NCBI GenBank assembly: GCA_030430565.1
Contig: JAUIKS010000008.1
Span: forward strand, 175,225 to 239,224
Length of the DNA: 64,000 nt
DNA from: Polyangia bacterium
GTDB taxonomy: Bacteria; Myxococcota_A; Polyangia; Nannocystales; Nannocystaceae
Direction: 5' to 3'
Of this stretch, positions 47,530-57,549 are shown one piece after another; within the stretch, counting starts at the first letter, position 1; every line of letters begins with the position of its first letter. A program made the translations under genes and the position numbers. The notes under the pieces are model-generated. The model saw only the letters and a list, made by a program, of their open reading frames with translations. It had not been told where the DNA came from and made no database searches.

Positions 47530-50500
47530 TTACATGTCCTCGTAGCCCGCTTTCACGATGTGCAAGGCCCACTCGGTGTCAATCCAGCGGGTCGACTTGT
47601 GCGGTGTCCCGTCGAGGTAGCGGTGGCGATGCACCCGCTCTTGGTCGAGTACCCCGCCAGTCCGCGCGACATCATCTCGGGCCGCGAGCACCCAACCGAG
47701 ATCTGTTGTCGACACCGAACGCTCGGCGAATCCTCCGGTCCCACCATCGACCCGAAGTCCGCCCTTCGCAGCGCCTCCGATGATCCGCAATCGCGTCGAG
47801 CCCTGGGCGATCCATGAACCGGGAGGGTACCGGTCGAGGACACGCTTCACGAGCGCCACGGCTTGCTCGCGCCAGCGACGAGCCAGTGTCCGCGAAGCGC
47901 CGCGTCCCTTGCCGAGCGCTCTCCACGTTGCGAAGTCGACCTCCGGGATCTTCCACGCCGAATCGCGCCAGCGCCCAACCCCGGCGTATCGCCAGCCAGA
48001 CGCGTGCCGGGTCATGACGAACGCCGTCTCCGAGGGGCGACGGTTGGGTACGGGGAGTTCGACCGCGTCAGGCGCGGTCAGCGGTCCTTTGCTCTCCACG
48101 AGTAGGAACAGGTGCCCATCCACACGTGACCACGGACCGCGGGGGGGCTCGGAGAGCTTGAACCTCGCCACCAGGTCCTCGTTGCTCAGGAACTCGCCAA
48201 CGAAGGGCGCGAGCTGCTCGGGACGAACCACGTCGACGACTCGCGCGAGGACGGTCGTCTCCGCTGTGACTGGAAGGTCAGGTGCATCGGGGTTGTCCGA
48301 GCGAAGCTCAAAGCCGCCCTTGGCCTTCACGAGCCGCTTGAGGTGGTGGGCGAAGCCCGTGTGGGTGTCGCCCCGCGCAACCAGGACAACGCGCCCGACG
48401 ACCGCGGCGAGCGGAAGGCCGCGCCCCCACTCGAAGACAACCCAATCGCCGTCGCAGATCGGCTTGGATCCACCGCACATCGAGTCTCCATAGGCGCGGG
48501 TCGCAAATCGATTCTCGGCGGTTTCAACGGGGAGGCGCACGTAGTCCGCTTCAGCCTCAACTTCGACCGCCGGCCTCGAGATTGAACCGGCGGCCACCTC
48601 CAAGCTTGGGTACGCGACGAACCTGCCCCTTGGAACAAGGTCGATGACAGCAGCGAGAGGCTCGACCCACCAGCCGTCGGGCGCCCGCCGAAACTGAACG
48701 CGATACCGAGTGCCGGTTGCTCCCGCGCTTGGTCCGAACCACTGTCGGAGCAGATCCGGTAGCTTGTTGTCACGCGCGCCAACCGGCCGCGCCACATTGA
48801 CCGCGACTTTGACGAAGCGAAACAGCCACATCGAGCCGTCCTCGAGCCGTACCTCGGTATCGCCGTGCGGGAGTCGCTCGCGGCCCTTCGTCGGCAAAAA
48901 CAGGATTGGGCCCTTGGAGTTGTGCGAGACGTTGCAGACGAAGGAACTCTCGCCTGCGATCGAGTCTTCGTCGACTCGGGCGCGACGTTGATAGCGTGCG
49001 AGACGAGCGTCGACGAGCTGCCACGTCATCTCGACGAGCGCGTCGCGAGCCGCGGGGTCTTCCGGCGGCGGCAGCCGGAATCGCAGCGCGTCGTCCTGTA
49101 TGGAGAACCACGGCCCCTTCGTCCACGCCTGGATCGGGTTCTTTCGCCAGTAGCGACGCCACACAGCGGGCTCCGGAGCGCGCGGATCGGGTAGAGCCTT
49201 GACCCCCTTGAGATCCTCGAACAAGACAGGGTTGCGAAGCAGGTAGGCGTGGCTGCGACGCGCGAGCTGCTCGAGCGGCATCCCGTCGAACAGGGCCTCG
49301 GACGTAAGGAGCACTTCGAGCACGACCATCTTGAAGCACTTCGTCAGGCTCTCGCTGGCCTCGACGGCGTGCAGCCAGTCCTCGCCGTGTACGTAGGCTT
49401 TGCGCTCGGCTTCGCCGAGGTCGTTCTCGTCGCCAACGAACTCGAACCAGCTTTTATAGCGCTTTCGAATCGCGCGGATACTCTGTCCGAGTCGAACCAG
49501 TTCTCCGGGTGTTGGGCGAGTTCCACGTTCATCACGGAGTTCGCGGTAGACCTGCACCGCCGGGATCGCGTGGGAGGCCGGCGTGAGTTTCTTGAGCAGC
49601 TCGATGGCCTCGAGCTTGATCTCCACGCTGCATCCGGCCGGGAGTTCCAGCGTCTCCGGTCGCTCGAGGAATTGGGACAGAGGCGGCGCAGACGGTGAGA
49701 GCGTGAGCAGCGTGCGCACGCGGCCGAGGAACACCTTGTGATTGCCGACAAAATCGATGACCTCGAGGACATCTTTGCCCTCCGAAGTTCGCAGGCCGCG
49801 CCCGAGTTGCTGGAGAAACACCAGCGGCGACTCTGTTGGACGCAGCATGACGACCCGGTCGATCTGTGGCACGTCGATGCCCTCGTTGAACAGGTCGACC
49901 GCCGCGATGGCCTCGAGCTGACCGGAGTCGAGCTGCTCGAGGGCGTCACCACGGGACGCCGACGTTTCGCCCGAATGAACCGCGACGACTCGAACGCCCT
50001 TGCCCTTGAGCCATTTCGCAACGTAGTCCGCATGGCCGATCGACACGCAGAACACGAGCGTGCGAGTCGCGGGCCGCTCACACCACGCTTCGTACAGGCG
50101 CGACATCCGGGCCTCGGTCTCCACGAGTCGAGCCAGGTGCTCGATCGTGAACTGACGCCACGGCATGGGTTTGTACTCGGTTGTATCCGCGAGCCCTCGG
50201 TAGTGAAACGGCACAAGCAAACCACGCTGGATGCCCTCGCCAAGGTCGGCGCGAAAGGCAACGTGGTCGTCGAAGATCCCGCCGATATCGCCCTGGTCGG
50301 CGCGCTCCGGTGTGGCCGTAAGGCCGAGCAGGAACTTCGGATCGAGATGCGCGAGGAGCCGCCGGTAGGTCGGTGCGGCCGCGTGGTGCACTTCGTCTAC
50401 GATGACGTAGTCAAAGCTTGTCGCCGAGAGTCGGGCGAGCTGCTCGGGTCGCGTGAGCTTCTGAACCGACGCGAATACGAACTCGGATGACAGGTCGTCA

Positions 50501-51816
50501 GACGCCCCGTGAAAGAAGCCAAAAGTCGCGCTGGGAAACACGCGGCGAAACGTAGCGCTCGCCTGAATGAGCAGCTCACGGCGATGGACGAGGAACAGCA
50601 CACGAGTGCGAAGCCCCCGTCGTTCGCAAAACGCTTTGACATCGAATGCGGCCAGAAACGTCTTGCCGAGACCCGTCGCCAGGACCACCAAGGCGCGCTC
50701 GCGGCCATCGTCGCGGCTGCGCGCGAGAGCCTCGAGCGCGTCATTCTGGACACCGCGCGGAGCGACCAGCTCGTCAGTGATACCCTCTGCTTCCCCGATC
50801 GGCAGCTGCGCGTTGTCGGCACTCCGTCGGGCGTATTCCTGAAGCCATACCTCATCAAGGGTTCTCGCTCTCGCCCAAAGCTCGTCGAATGCTCCGACGA
50901 TGGCCGCGTACGCAGCGGGGTCGCGCGCGGCCTCTGTTCGCAGGTTCCACTCGACCCCAACGCCCAGGGCTGAGTCGGACCAGTTTGAGCTCCCGACGAA
51001 CGCGACAGCAAAATCGGGACCCTCAAACCGCCATGACTTTGGGTGAAACGCTCGATTATTTTGCAGCCTGGTCTCAACAACGCGTACCGAGAACGATCCG
51101 GGGCCCTCAGCTTGTGCGAGCTGCGCCCAGTCGAGTAGCCGGCGAAGCGCCTGAACCTGGGTGATGGCCAAGTAATCGCCAGTAACGACGCGAATCGTTG
51201 CACCACGTTCGAGCGCTTCATCAATCTGCACAGAGAGCGTATCTACCCCGGTGTGTTGGACGAAAGCCGCGACAATAGAGATCTGATCCGCGCGCTCAAA
51301 CAAATGGCGGACCGGACGACGAAACGGGTCGTCGGGACCCCCCACAACAAGTGGAGCCGCACGCGCAGCTCGGTTCGCCCACTCGTGCTCGGTGGTGGGC
51401 CGAGGGATGAATCCTGCCTGTTTGTAGTTCCCGTACCTGGGAATGACGAAACGAACGCCGCCCCGTGGGTCATCAACATCTCCCGTGTAGCGGGGAATCA
51501 CATGAATATGGAGATGGTCGACGGTCTGGCCAGCGGCATGTCCGGAGTTGAAGCCGACGTTGTATCCGTCTGGCTTGTGCGATGCGTCGAGCTGTCGTTT
51601 GACCGTCTCGACGAGTTCGAATATCGCGGTTTGCTCCTCGCGGCTGGCGTCGAACCAGGTCGCCACCACCCGATGGGGGATCACGAGCGTGTGCCCGTCA
51701 CTAACGGGGTAGGCGTCGCGAATGGCAAAGGCCAGCTCGTTCGAGGCAACCCACTCGCTGTTCGAAATCTCTGTAAACGGAGAACTCACGACGAATCGAC
51801 CTCGAGCCTTACACAC
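47530..51816 (-). CDS. 1428-aa fusion: HIT hydrolase - PLD (HKD) nuclease - SF2/ResIII helicase - DUF3427-like region - B3-like DNA-binding domain - LexA/UmuD-type S24 peptidase - unknown C-terminal domain
   Basis: HIT HLHIHVIP. PLD FHPKSWRF...GSSNWS. Helicase I ATGLGKT, II VDEVHH, III LTATPER, VI LQQLGRGLR. B3-like FVCNVSHNSKGPILFLPTKGRERLP..GSMWLFRF. S24 site VAAG(S) at aa 1074-1077, GDSM at 1110-1113, DGDWVVF, HLKRL (Ser1112/Lys1160). Confidence 0.85.
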   Translation of the reverse strand: MCKARGRFVVSSPFTEISNSEWVASNELAFAIRDAYPVSDGHTLVIPHRVVATWFDASREEQTAIFELVETVKRQLDASHKPDGYNVGFNSGHAAGQTVDHLHIHVIPRYTGDVDDPRGGVRFVIPRYGNYKQAGFIPRPTTEHEWANRAARAAPLVVGGPDDPFRRPVRHLFERADQISIVAAFVQHTGVDTLSVQIDEALERGATIRVVTGDYLAITQVQALRRLLDWAQLAQAEGPGSFSVRVVETRLQNNRAFHPKSWRFEGPDFAVAFVGSSNWSDSALGVGVEWNLRTEAARDPAAYAAIVGAFDELWARARTLDEVWLQEYARRSADNAQLPIGEAEGITDELVAPRGVQNDALEALARSRDDGRERALVVLATGLGKTFLAAFDVKAFCERRGLRTRVLFLVHRRELLIQASATFRRVFPSATFGFFHGASDDLSSEFVFASVQKLTRPEQLARLSATSFDYVIVDEVHHAAAPTYRRLLAHLDPKFLLGLTATPERADQGDIGGIFDDHVAFRADLGEGIQRGLLVPFHYRGLADTTEYKPMPWRQFTIEHLARLVETEARMSRLYEAWCERPATRTLVFCVSIGHADYVAKWLKGKGVRVVAVHSGETSASRGDALEQLDSGQLEAIAAVDLFNEGIDVPQIDRVVMLRPTESPLVFLQQLGRGLRTSEGKDVLEVIDFVGNHKVFLGRVRTLLTLSPSAPPLSQFLERPETLELPAGCSVEIKLEAIELLKKLTPASHAIPAVQVYRELRDERGTRPTPGELVRLGQSIRAIRKRYKSWFEFVGDENDLGEAERKAYVHGEDWLHAVEASESLTKCFKMVVLEVLLTSEALFDGMPLEQLARRSHAYLLRNPVLFEDLKGVKALPDPRAPEPAVWRRYWRKNPIQAWTKGPWFSIQDDALRFRLPPPEDPAARDALVEMTWQLVDARLARYQRRARVDEDSIAGESSFVCNVSHNSKGPILFLPTKGRERLPHGDTEVRLEDGSMWLFRFVKVAVNVARPVGARDNKLPDLLRQWFGPSAGATGTRYRVQFRRAPDGWWVEPLAAVIDLVPRGRFVAYPSLEVAAGSISRPAVEVEAEADYVRLPVETAENRFATRAYGDSMCGGSKPICDGDWVVFEWGRGLPLAAVVGRVVLVARGDTHTGFAHHLKRLVKAKGGFELRSDNPDAPDLPVTAETTVLARVVDVVRPEQLAPFVGEFLSNEDLVARFKLSEPPRGPWSRVDGHLFLLVESKGPLTAPDAVELPVPNRRPSETAFVMTRHASGWRYAGVGRWRDSAWKIPEVDFATWRALGKGRGASRTLARRWREQAVALVKRVLDRYPPGSWIAQGSTRLRIIGGAAKGGLRVDGGTGGFAERSVSTTDLGWVLAARDDVARTGGVLDQERVHRHRYLDGTPHKSTRWIDTEWALHIVKAGYEDM

Positions 51817-51911
51817 TCAAGGACATCGGTCATTCTCTGTAATCCCACACGCCACGAAACGGTAGATTGGCGTTCGCAATGTCATCATGACTACTCCAGC
51901 GCTGCGCGGGC

Positions 51912-52907
51912 TCACTGCTCAAAGCAGTATAGATGTGCTGGGAGTGCGCACGGAATGGTGTCTCCAAACGCGGACCAACGTTCATCCGTGTAGTTTGATT
52001 TCCCGAACTGTCCTGGCTCGAGATCGTCGCTGGTCCACTCAGAACAGTGCGCCATGTCGGGATGCTGCTCTCCCCAGGGCACAGTATTCGTCCACACCGA
52101 TACACCGTCGAGTAATTGACCGCTCTCGTCCATATCGATGGGGGCTTCGAGTCCTCCATCGACCAAGTCGTTCCAGTTGTCGGCTACCTTGGTCCCGTCG
52201 ACCAGGACATATCGTCCCTCGGACTTGAAGAAGTGTGTAGACGGCGAGTACTCGGACCCGCTGATCCAAGGACGAAAGTCGATGGCGTTCTCGAAGCCGG
52301 CCTCAAGCGCACGCTCGCGGCAGCGATTGATTGCACCGTCGATACCAGATAGATCTCCGAAATACGCTTCACTCGAGACAAAGACGACGCGATCGCGGGC
52401 GCAGGCGGTGTTGCAGCCGTCGTCTTTCTGATTGCCATCGTCACACTCCTCGTTAGGGCCAACGAAACCGTCGCCGCACATCGGGAGCAGACACGCGTTG
52501 GTGCATTCGTCGCTATTCTCGTCGTTGCCGTCGTCGCACTGCTCCCCTACTTGGACCTGACCGTCGCCACAATCCGCCGGCTCGCTCGTGTTGGTCGGGT
52601 CGCTGGTTGTGGAGCTCATCGCTGTCGTCGTGCCCGACTCGCTCTCGGACATCGTCCCGTCGGGACCACCGGTTGTCGTCTCGCCGCCCGTCATCGATGT
52701 GGGCTCAGTTTCGCTCTCGCTCCCCGACCCAACCTCGCTCATGCTCTCGCTCTCGGAGTCCCACGTCACCGTGATCTCGAGCGCTTCTTGCGAGGCCGCC
52801 TCGGCTTGGCATCCGACGAGGAACATGGCCAAGGCCGCGTGTTCGGCGTGTTCGAGTACTCGGGTTGACTTCGAGGGTCGCATCACGGACTCGCTCATCA
52901 TCGCCAA
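51912..52907 (-). CDS. Secreted protein with two Myxococcus cysteine-rich repeats and C-terminal DUF1554-like domain
   Basis: Hydrophobic signal LAMFLVGC. T/S/E-rich linker. CGDGQVQVGEQCDDGNDENSDEC and CGDGFVGPNEECDDGNQKDDGC. Cys-containing C-terminal domain ending LYCFEQ. Confidence 0.6.
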   Translation of the reverse strand: MAMMSESVMRPSKSTRVLEHAEHAALAMFLVGCQAEAASQEALEITVTWDSESESMSEVGSGSESETEPTSMTGGETTTGGPDGTMSESESGTTTAMSSTTSDPTNTSEPADCGDGQVQVGEQCDDGNDENSDECTNACLLPMCGDGFVGPNEECDDGNQKDDGCNTACARDRVVFVSSEAYFGDLSGIDGAINRCRERALEAGFENAIDFRPWISGSEYSPSTHFFKSEGRYVLVDGTKVADNWNDLVDGGLEAPIDMDESGQLLDGVSVWTNTVPWGEQHPDMAHCSEWTSDDLEPGQFGKSNYTDERWSAFGDTIPCALPAHLYCFEQ

Positions 52908-53021
52908 AATCGCGCGGAGATGGAAAAGCCCGTGTACCGCGGTCCAAGTGTAGGTGCAACACGCACAAACAACGAGATCGAAGTTACTGTTTCCGTTTGG
53001 CGCGTGCCCGTTGGGCGCCTA

Positions 53022-56000
53022 CTACGTCGCGCGGTAGCGTGTCCCGCGGGCGTTGCCACGGCAGGTCACCAGACCTTCTGTGCCCAACCGGGACAAGCTC
53101 GCTCGCAGCTGCAAGGGTGTACCTCCAGTCAGCTCACGCAACTCCGCCGCGGACGCGGGATGGTCAAAGGAGCGCACCGCCTCGAGCACCGCGCGATCGT
53201 ATTCCTGACGACCCTGCGCGGTCCGGGTGTTGATCGCCCGGGCCCGCGGTGATGTCCGCGTCGTGCCGCGCTTCGTCGTCTTCGCGCCCTTCTTCGCTGG
53301 CACAACACAAGCGACAGCCGGACGAGACGCGGCCACGTCTTCATCGCGCTCGACATCACCGTCGGACTCCAGCAGCGCCATCAGCTCCTCGGGCGAGAAG
53401 CGCGTCACGCCGCCGTCGCTCGCCAGCAGGCCCTCGGCCAGCGCCCGCTTCTGCTCGTGCAGCTCGAGCACCGCCTGCTCGATCGTCCCCTGCGACACGA
53501 AGCGGACGACCGTCACGGGCTTGTCCTGACCGATCCGGTGCGCGCGGTCGCTGGCCTGATCCTCGACGGCGGGGTTCCACCACGGGTCGAGGTGGAGCAC
53601 GTAGTCGGCGGCCGTCAGGTTGAGCCCGGTCCCGCCCGCCTTGAGCGAGATGAGGAACAGCGGCGCGTCTCCGGTCTGCCAGCGCTCGACCAGCTCGGCA
53701 CGCCGCTTCGCGGGGGTGGAGCCGTCGAGGTAGAGGTGCTCGAGCGTGGTCGCGTCCAGGCGCTCGCGGACCAGCGCGAGCAGGCCGGTGAACTGGCTGA
53801 ACACCAGCGCCCGGTGGCCCTCGGCGTGCAGCTCCGTGACGAGTTCCATGAAGGACTCGAGCTTGGACGAGGTCGCGCGCGAGCCCTCCTCCATGAGCTT
53901 GGGGTGGCACGCGAGCTGGCGAAGCCGCGTGAGCGCGGCCAGGATCGCGAAGCGGGCGTCTGGATCGTCTTCCCCAGGCCCATCTCGTCGGCCAGGCACG
54001 CGCCGGCGCCCCACTCCGCCAGGCGCATCAGCCACTCGAAGCCCTCACGCTGGTAGTCCCGCAGCGTCCCGTTGAACGCGGAGGGGACCCGCGGCTCGAT
54101 CTCCCGCCGCTATGCGCTCGAGCAACCTCGAGGTCGCGTCGTCGATGTCGAGCTGGGCCGCGTCCTCGACGAGTTCGGCGACGACGTTGACGGCCGCCGC
54201 TCCGCTCACGAGCTTGTCGCGCACGGGCGCGAGCGCGGCGTCGCTGTCGGCGAGTCGCCGCGCGAGCGCGCGCTCGAGCTCGACGAAGCGCTCGGGGCCC
54301 ACGCGGACGAAGCGACGACCCCCGCGCGCGGCCGCGAGCAGCTCACGCAGCGGGATGCGCTCGCCGTCGACCGTGACCTCGCCCTCGACCTCGAACCACT
54401 TCGGGCCCCGCCGCAGCTTCACGCGCAGGTCTCTCGGCGACGCTCGCTTCTTGAGCACGCGCCACGCCTTGCGCCCGGTCCACTCGATCGCGAGCGGGGG
54501 CTCCCCCTCCTCGGCGCGGCGCTGGAGCTCCGTGAGCAGCGCGAGCGCGGGCTGGAGCTCTTCGACGCGGTACTGGTGCTCGCGCTCCGTTCGGAAGCGC
54601 TCGAGCTCGAGCTCGCGCTCGAGCGCTTCGACGGCGCGGCGCTCTTGCTCGAGATCGCGCCGGGCGTGCACACGCTCGCCATCGAGCGCCCCGTACACGC
54701 TCGTGGGTCCCTGTCCCGGCGGCCATACCGAGCCGCCCTCACCGAGCGGCGCGCTCACGAGGGACACGACGAGTGATTCGTCGTCGGGCGTGAGACGCAC
54801 GACGAGCGCGGCGCCGCGTGAGACGCTTCGGCCCTGAAGCGCCGGCGGCAGCTCGAGCCCGACCGCGGGCTGGAGCTGTTGAAGCAGCGGGAGCAGCGAG
54901 GCGTAGGCGTCCTCCGGGAGACCGGCGCGATGCGTCTCGATCAACTCACGCAGCCCGTCGACGAGCGGCGTGCGCTCACAGAACACGCACACGCCGGTTT
55001 TGGGCTCGAACACGAACAACACCGCCCGCGCGTGATCCTCGGCGAGTTCGTGCTCTCGCAACGCGCCGAGGCGAAGCTCGAGATACGCGAGCTCCTCTCG
55101 CTGCGTCACGACGAGCGTCGGCGAAACCTCGCGCAGGCGTATGCGTTTGCTCGGATCGTCCGCCCGGAAGACGAGCTCGTGCTTGCACAACGCCCGCAGC
55201 GCGCTGAGCTGCGTACGCGCCGAGACCGAGCGTCGAGTCCAGCGGTAGTCATGCTGGATCTCGAGGGCGTCGGCGATCTCGCGGTCGAGCGGCGATGGCT
55301 CGGCGCTCTGCCACTGGATGTCATTCGGGCTGCACTTGCTCCCCGGGCTCCAACCGCCGCGCTTCTTTTGTTTCTGCACCGCAGGCCGAACCGTCAGCGC
55401 GCCGTCGCGCAGGTCCACGCGCCAGGTGACTCTCCGGGGCGCCGTGCTCGCGACAACACCGACGCTGTGCCGTCGCACCAGGCGATCGAGCGCCTCGACC
55501 GTCCGTGACCAGCCAAAACCCCCGGCGATCTCGAGCAGCGCTTCGTGGAGCCCGTGATCTGGATCGAAGAGCGCGTCGAGCGTCCATTCAACCAAGGAAC
55601 GCGCGTGGGCACGTTCGTGTCGCTTACGGTGGAAATCAAAAGACAGCGGCCGCGCGCGGTAGTCTCGCAGCGACAGGCTGACGGTCTTGCCCAGCTCGGA
55701 GTGCAGCACCGTGAGCGTCCGCTCTTCGCGGTGGAGCTCGACGATGATCTCGGCGACCAGCACAGGCTCCAGCGCGCGGGGTTGCGACCGGATGGCGTCG
55801 CGGAGCTCCGTCAGCGCGCGCGCGAGCAGCTCGAGCGGACGCGCAGGCAGCGGAGTAGACCAGAGCCCCATTCGCTTGCGATCGAGCGCGGTCCGCCGCG
55901 CCTCGGTGTACAGCTGCTTGCGCGCGGCCTCACGGGCGCGGTCACCAACGCTGCTCCAAAGGACATCCATCATGGGAGGCGGCGTGAGCGGTGGCACCAA

Positions 56001-56483
56001 CAGCTGGATATAGGTCGGCGTACCGACGTGATCGAAAAGGCCCGGCGGGATCCCGCCCCAAGCCGCGAGCTCGGGCACCGGCGCGTCGAGCAGATCCGCG
56101 ACGCCGTGTCGCTTCGCCCAGGCGCGCAGCGGCTTGGGCTCGCGCGGCGGCGAAGGAACATCGATCCCGACGTAGAGCTGGCGGGGCGACCAGCGGACGC
56201 GCTGGTCATCCGTGTCGGCGACGGAGAGCGCGTCGACGAGTTCCCGAATCAGGATGAAGCGCATCTCTTCGGGTAGCTCCTCGTCGAGATACCGGTGAAA
56301 CACGGGGCTCGAGAGCAGCTCTCCCATCGTCTGAATGTTCAGGAGTCGGGCGAAGTCACGGACGAACTCGACGGTGTCCCAATCACCGTCGATCTCGTCG
56401 ACGGCGATCGAGTTCAACATCCGCGCCCGCGCTGGTACTCGGAGCCAGCGCTTTAACCCTTGGACCGTCGTCGGGGCTCCCAT
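53022..56483 (-). pseudogene. SNF2-family helicase, disrupted (frameshift before DYQ motif; internal deletion of ATPase lobe 1 after Walker A)
   Basis: An 812-aa N-terminal ORF (54045..56483) ends in a stop. +1 frame reads [40 protein letters not shown] (SNF2 Q/Walker A). Then a frame change gives [22 protein letters not shown], joined directly to helicase-C (LDGSTP, WWNPAVEDQASDRAHRIGQ). About 250 aa incl. DExH missing. Confidence 0.55.
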
Positions 56484-56750
56484 GGTGGCAGTATAGCGCG
56501 AATTCGCGCATTGCTGCCCTGCAACTGAATTGGCACAGACCGCCGCTGGTGGTCAGCAGTACGCGCGCGGAGACCGGTCGCGTCAAGGATCGGATTGTGG
56601 TGCCGTTGTTGCTCGCGCTAGCCAAGGGCGTCCCTCCGGACTCGTCCCCGTAGCGTCTTCACTAGCTCAATCGCCTGCGACCTGCCCGTTCGGCTGTCGA
56701 GGCCAAGAGCCACGCCCGCGTCTCGTGGCCTGCTACGCTCGCCACGCGGC

Positions 56751-57500
56751 ATGCAGCTCCACCAACTCCCATTCTCCCACTACAACGAGAAGGTCCGCTG
56801 GACGCTCGACTACAAGCAGCTTCCGCACGAGCGCGTCACGTACTTGCCGGGGCTGCACATGCGCCCGATCCGTCGGCTCACTGGGAGCACGCAGACGCCC
56901 GTGCTCGTCATCGACGGCGAGGCCCTCCGCGGCTCCGCGACGATCATCGACACGCTCGAGCGACGACACCCGTCGCCCGCGCTCTACCCCGAAGACCCCG
57001 ACGCGCGCGCGCAGGCGCTGGCGATCCAGCGACGCTTCGACGATGAGTTCGCGCCGGCGATTCGGCTCGCGCTGTTCGCCGAGATCCTCGAGGACGGCGC
57101 CTACTTCCCCGACCTGTTCTCGCTCGGCAAGCCGTGGCTCGTGCGGGCGCTGTACCGGCTCGTGTTCCCGCTCGGCGCTCCCACGGTCCGCAAGGTCAAC
57201 GGCGTCACGGGGCCCGCGGCCACGGTCGAGGCGCTCGCCACGACGCAGGCGGCGCTCGACTTCGTCGACGCGCTGCGCGGCGGTCGGACCTACCTCGTCG
57301 GCGAGGCGTTCTCGATCGCGGACCTCGCCGCCGCCGCGATCTTGATGCCGACCGCCGACCTCCGTCACCCCGACGTGCACCGCGACCTGCCGAAGGGCGA
57401 GGCGATCCGCGCGTGGGAGCAGCGCTGGGCCGCGCACCCGACCGTGCGCTGGGTCGAGCTGATGTACGAACGCCACCGCCCGCTCCGCCAGCGTCGCTGA
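56751..57500 (+). CDS. Glutathione S-transferase family protein
   Basis: N-terminal thioredoxin-like GST fold (LHQLPFSHYNEKVRWTL...TPVLVIDGEAL) and helical C-terminal domain. Confidence 0.65.
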   Translation: MQLHQLPFSHYNEKVRWTLDYKQLPHERVTYLPGLHMRPIRRLTGSTQTPVLVIDGEALRGSATIIDTLERRHPSPALYPEDPDARAQALAIQRRFDDEFAPAIRLALFAEILEDGAYFPDLFSLGKPWLVRALYRLVFPLGAPTVRKVNGVTGPAATVEALATTQAALDFVDALRGGRTYLVGEAFSIADLAAAAILMPTADLRHPDVHRDLPKGEAIRAWEQRWAAHPTVRWVELMYERHRPLRQRR

Positions 57501-57549
57501 GCGGCTGACTTGACGGGCTCGCGCGCGCGCGGCAACGTCTCGCTCGTCT

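Noticed and set aside
47530-51816. Giant helicase-nuclease interpreted as a type III restriction Res subunit
   Set aside because: No adjacent Mod DNA methyltransferase. The nearest methyltransferase (39279..40184) is about 8 kb away and looks like a small-molecule class I MTase. The PLD, B3 and S24 additions do not fit Res architecture.
53615-54028. 137-aa ORF starting [24 protein letters not shown] treated as an independent gene
   Set aside because: It is the Walker-A fragment of the disrupted SNF2 gene read into a wrong frame after about 25 residues. It is annotated as part of the pseudogene.
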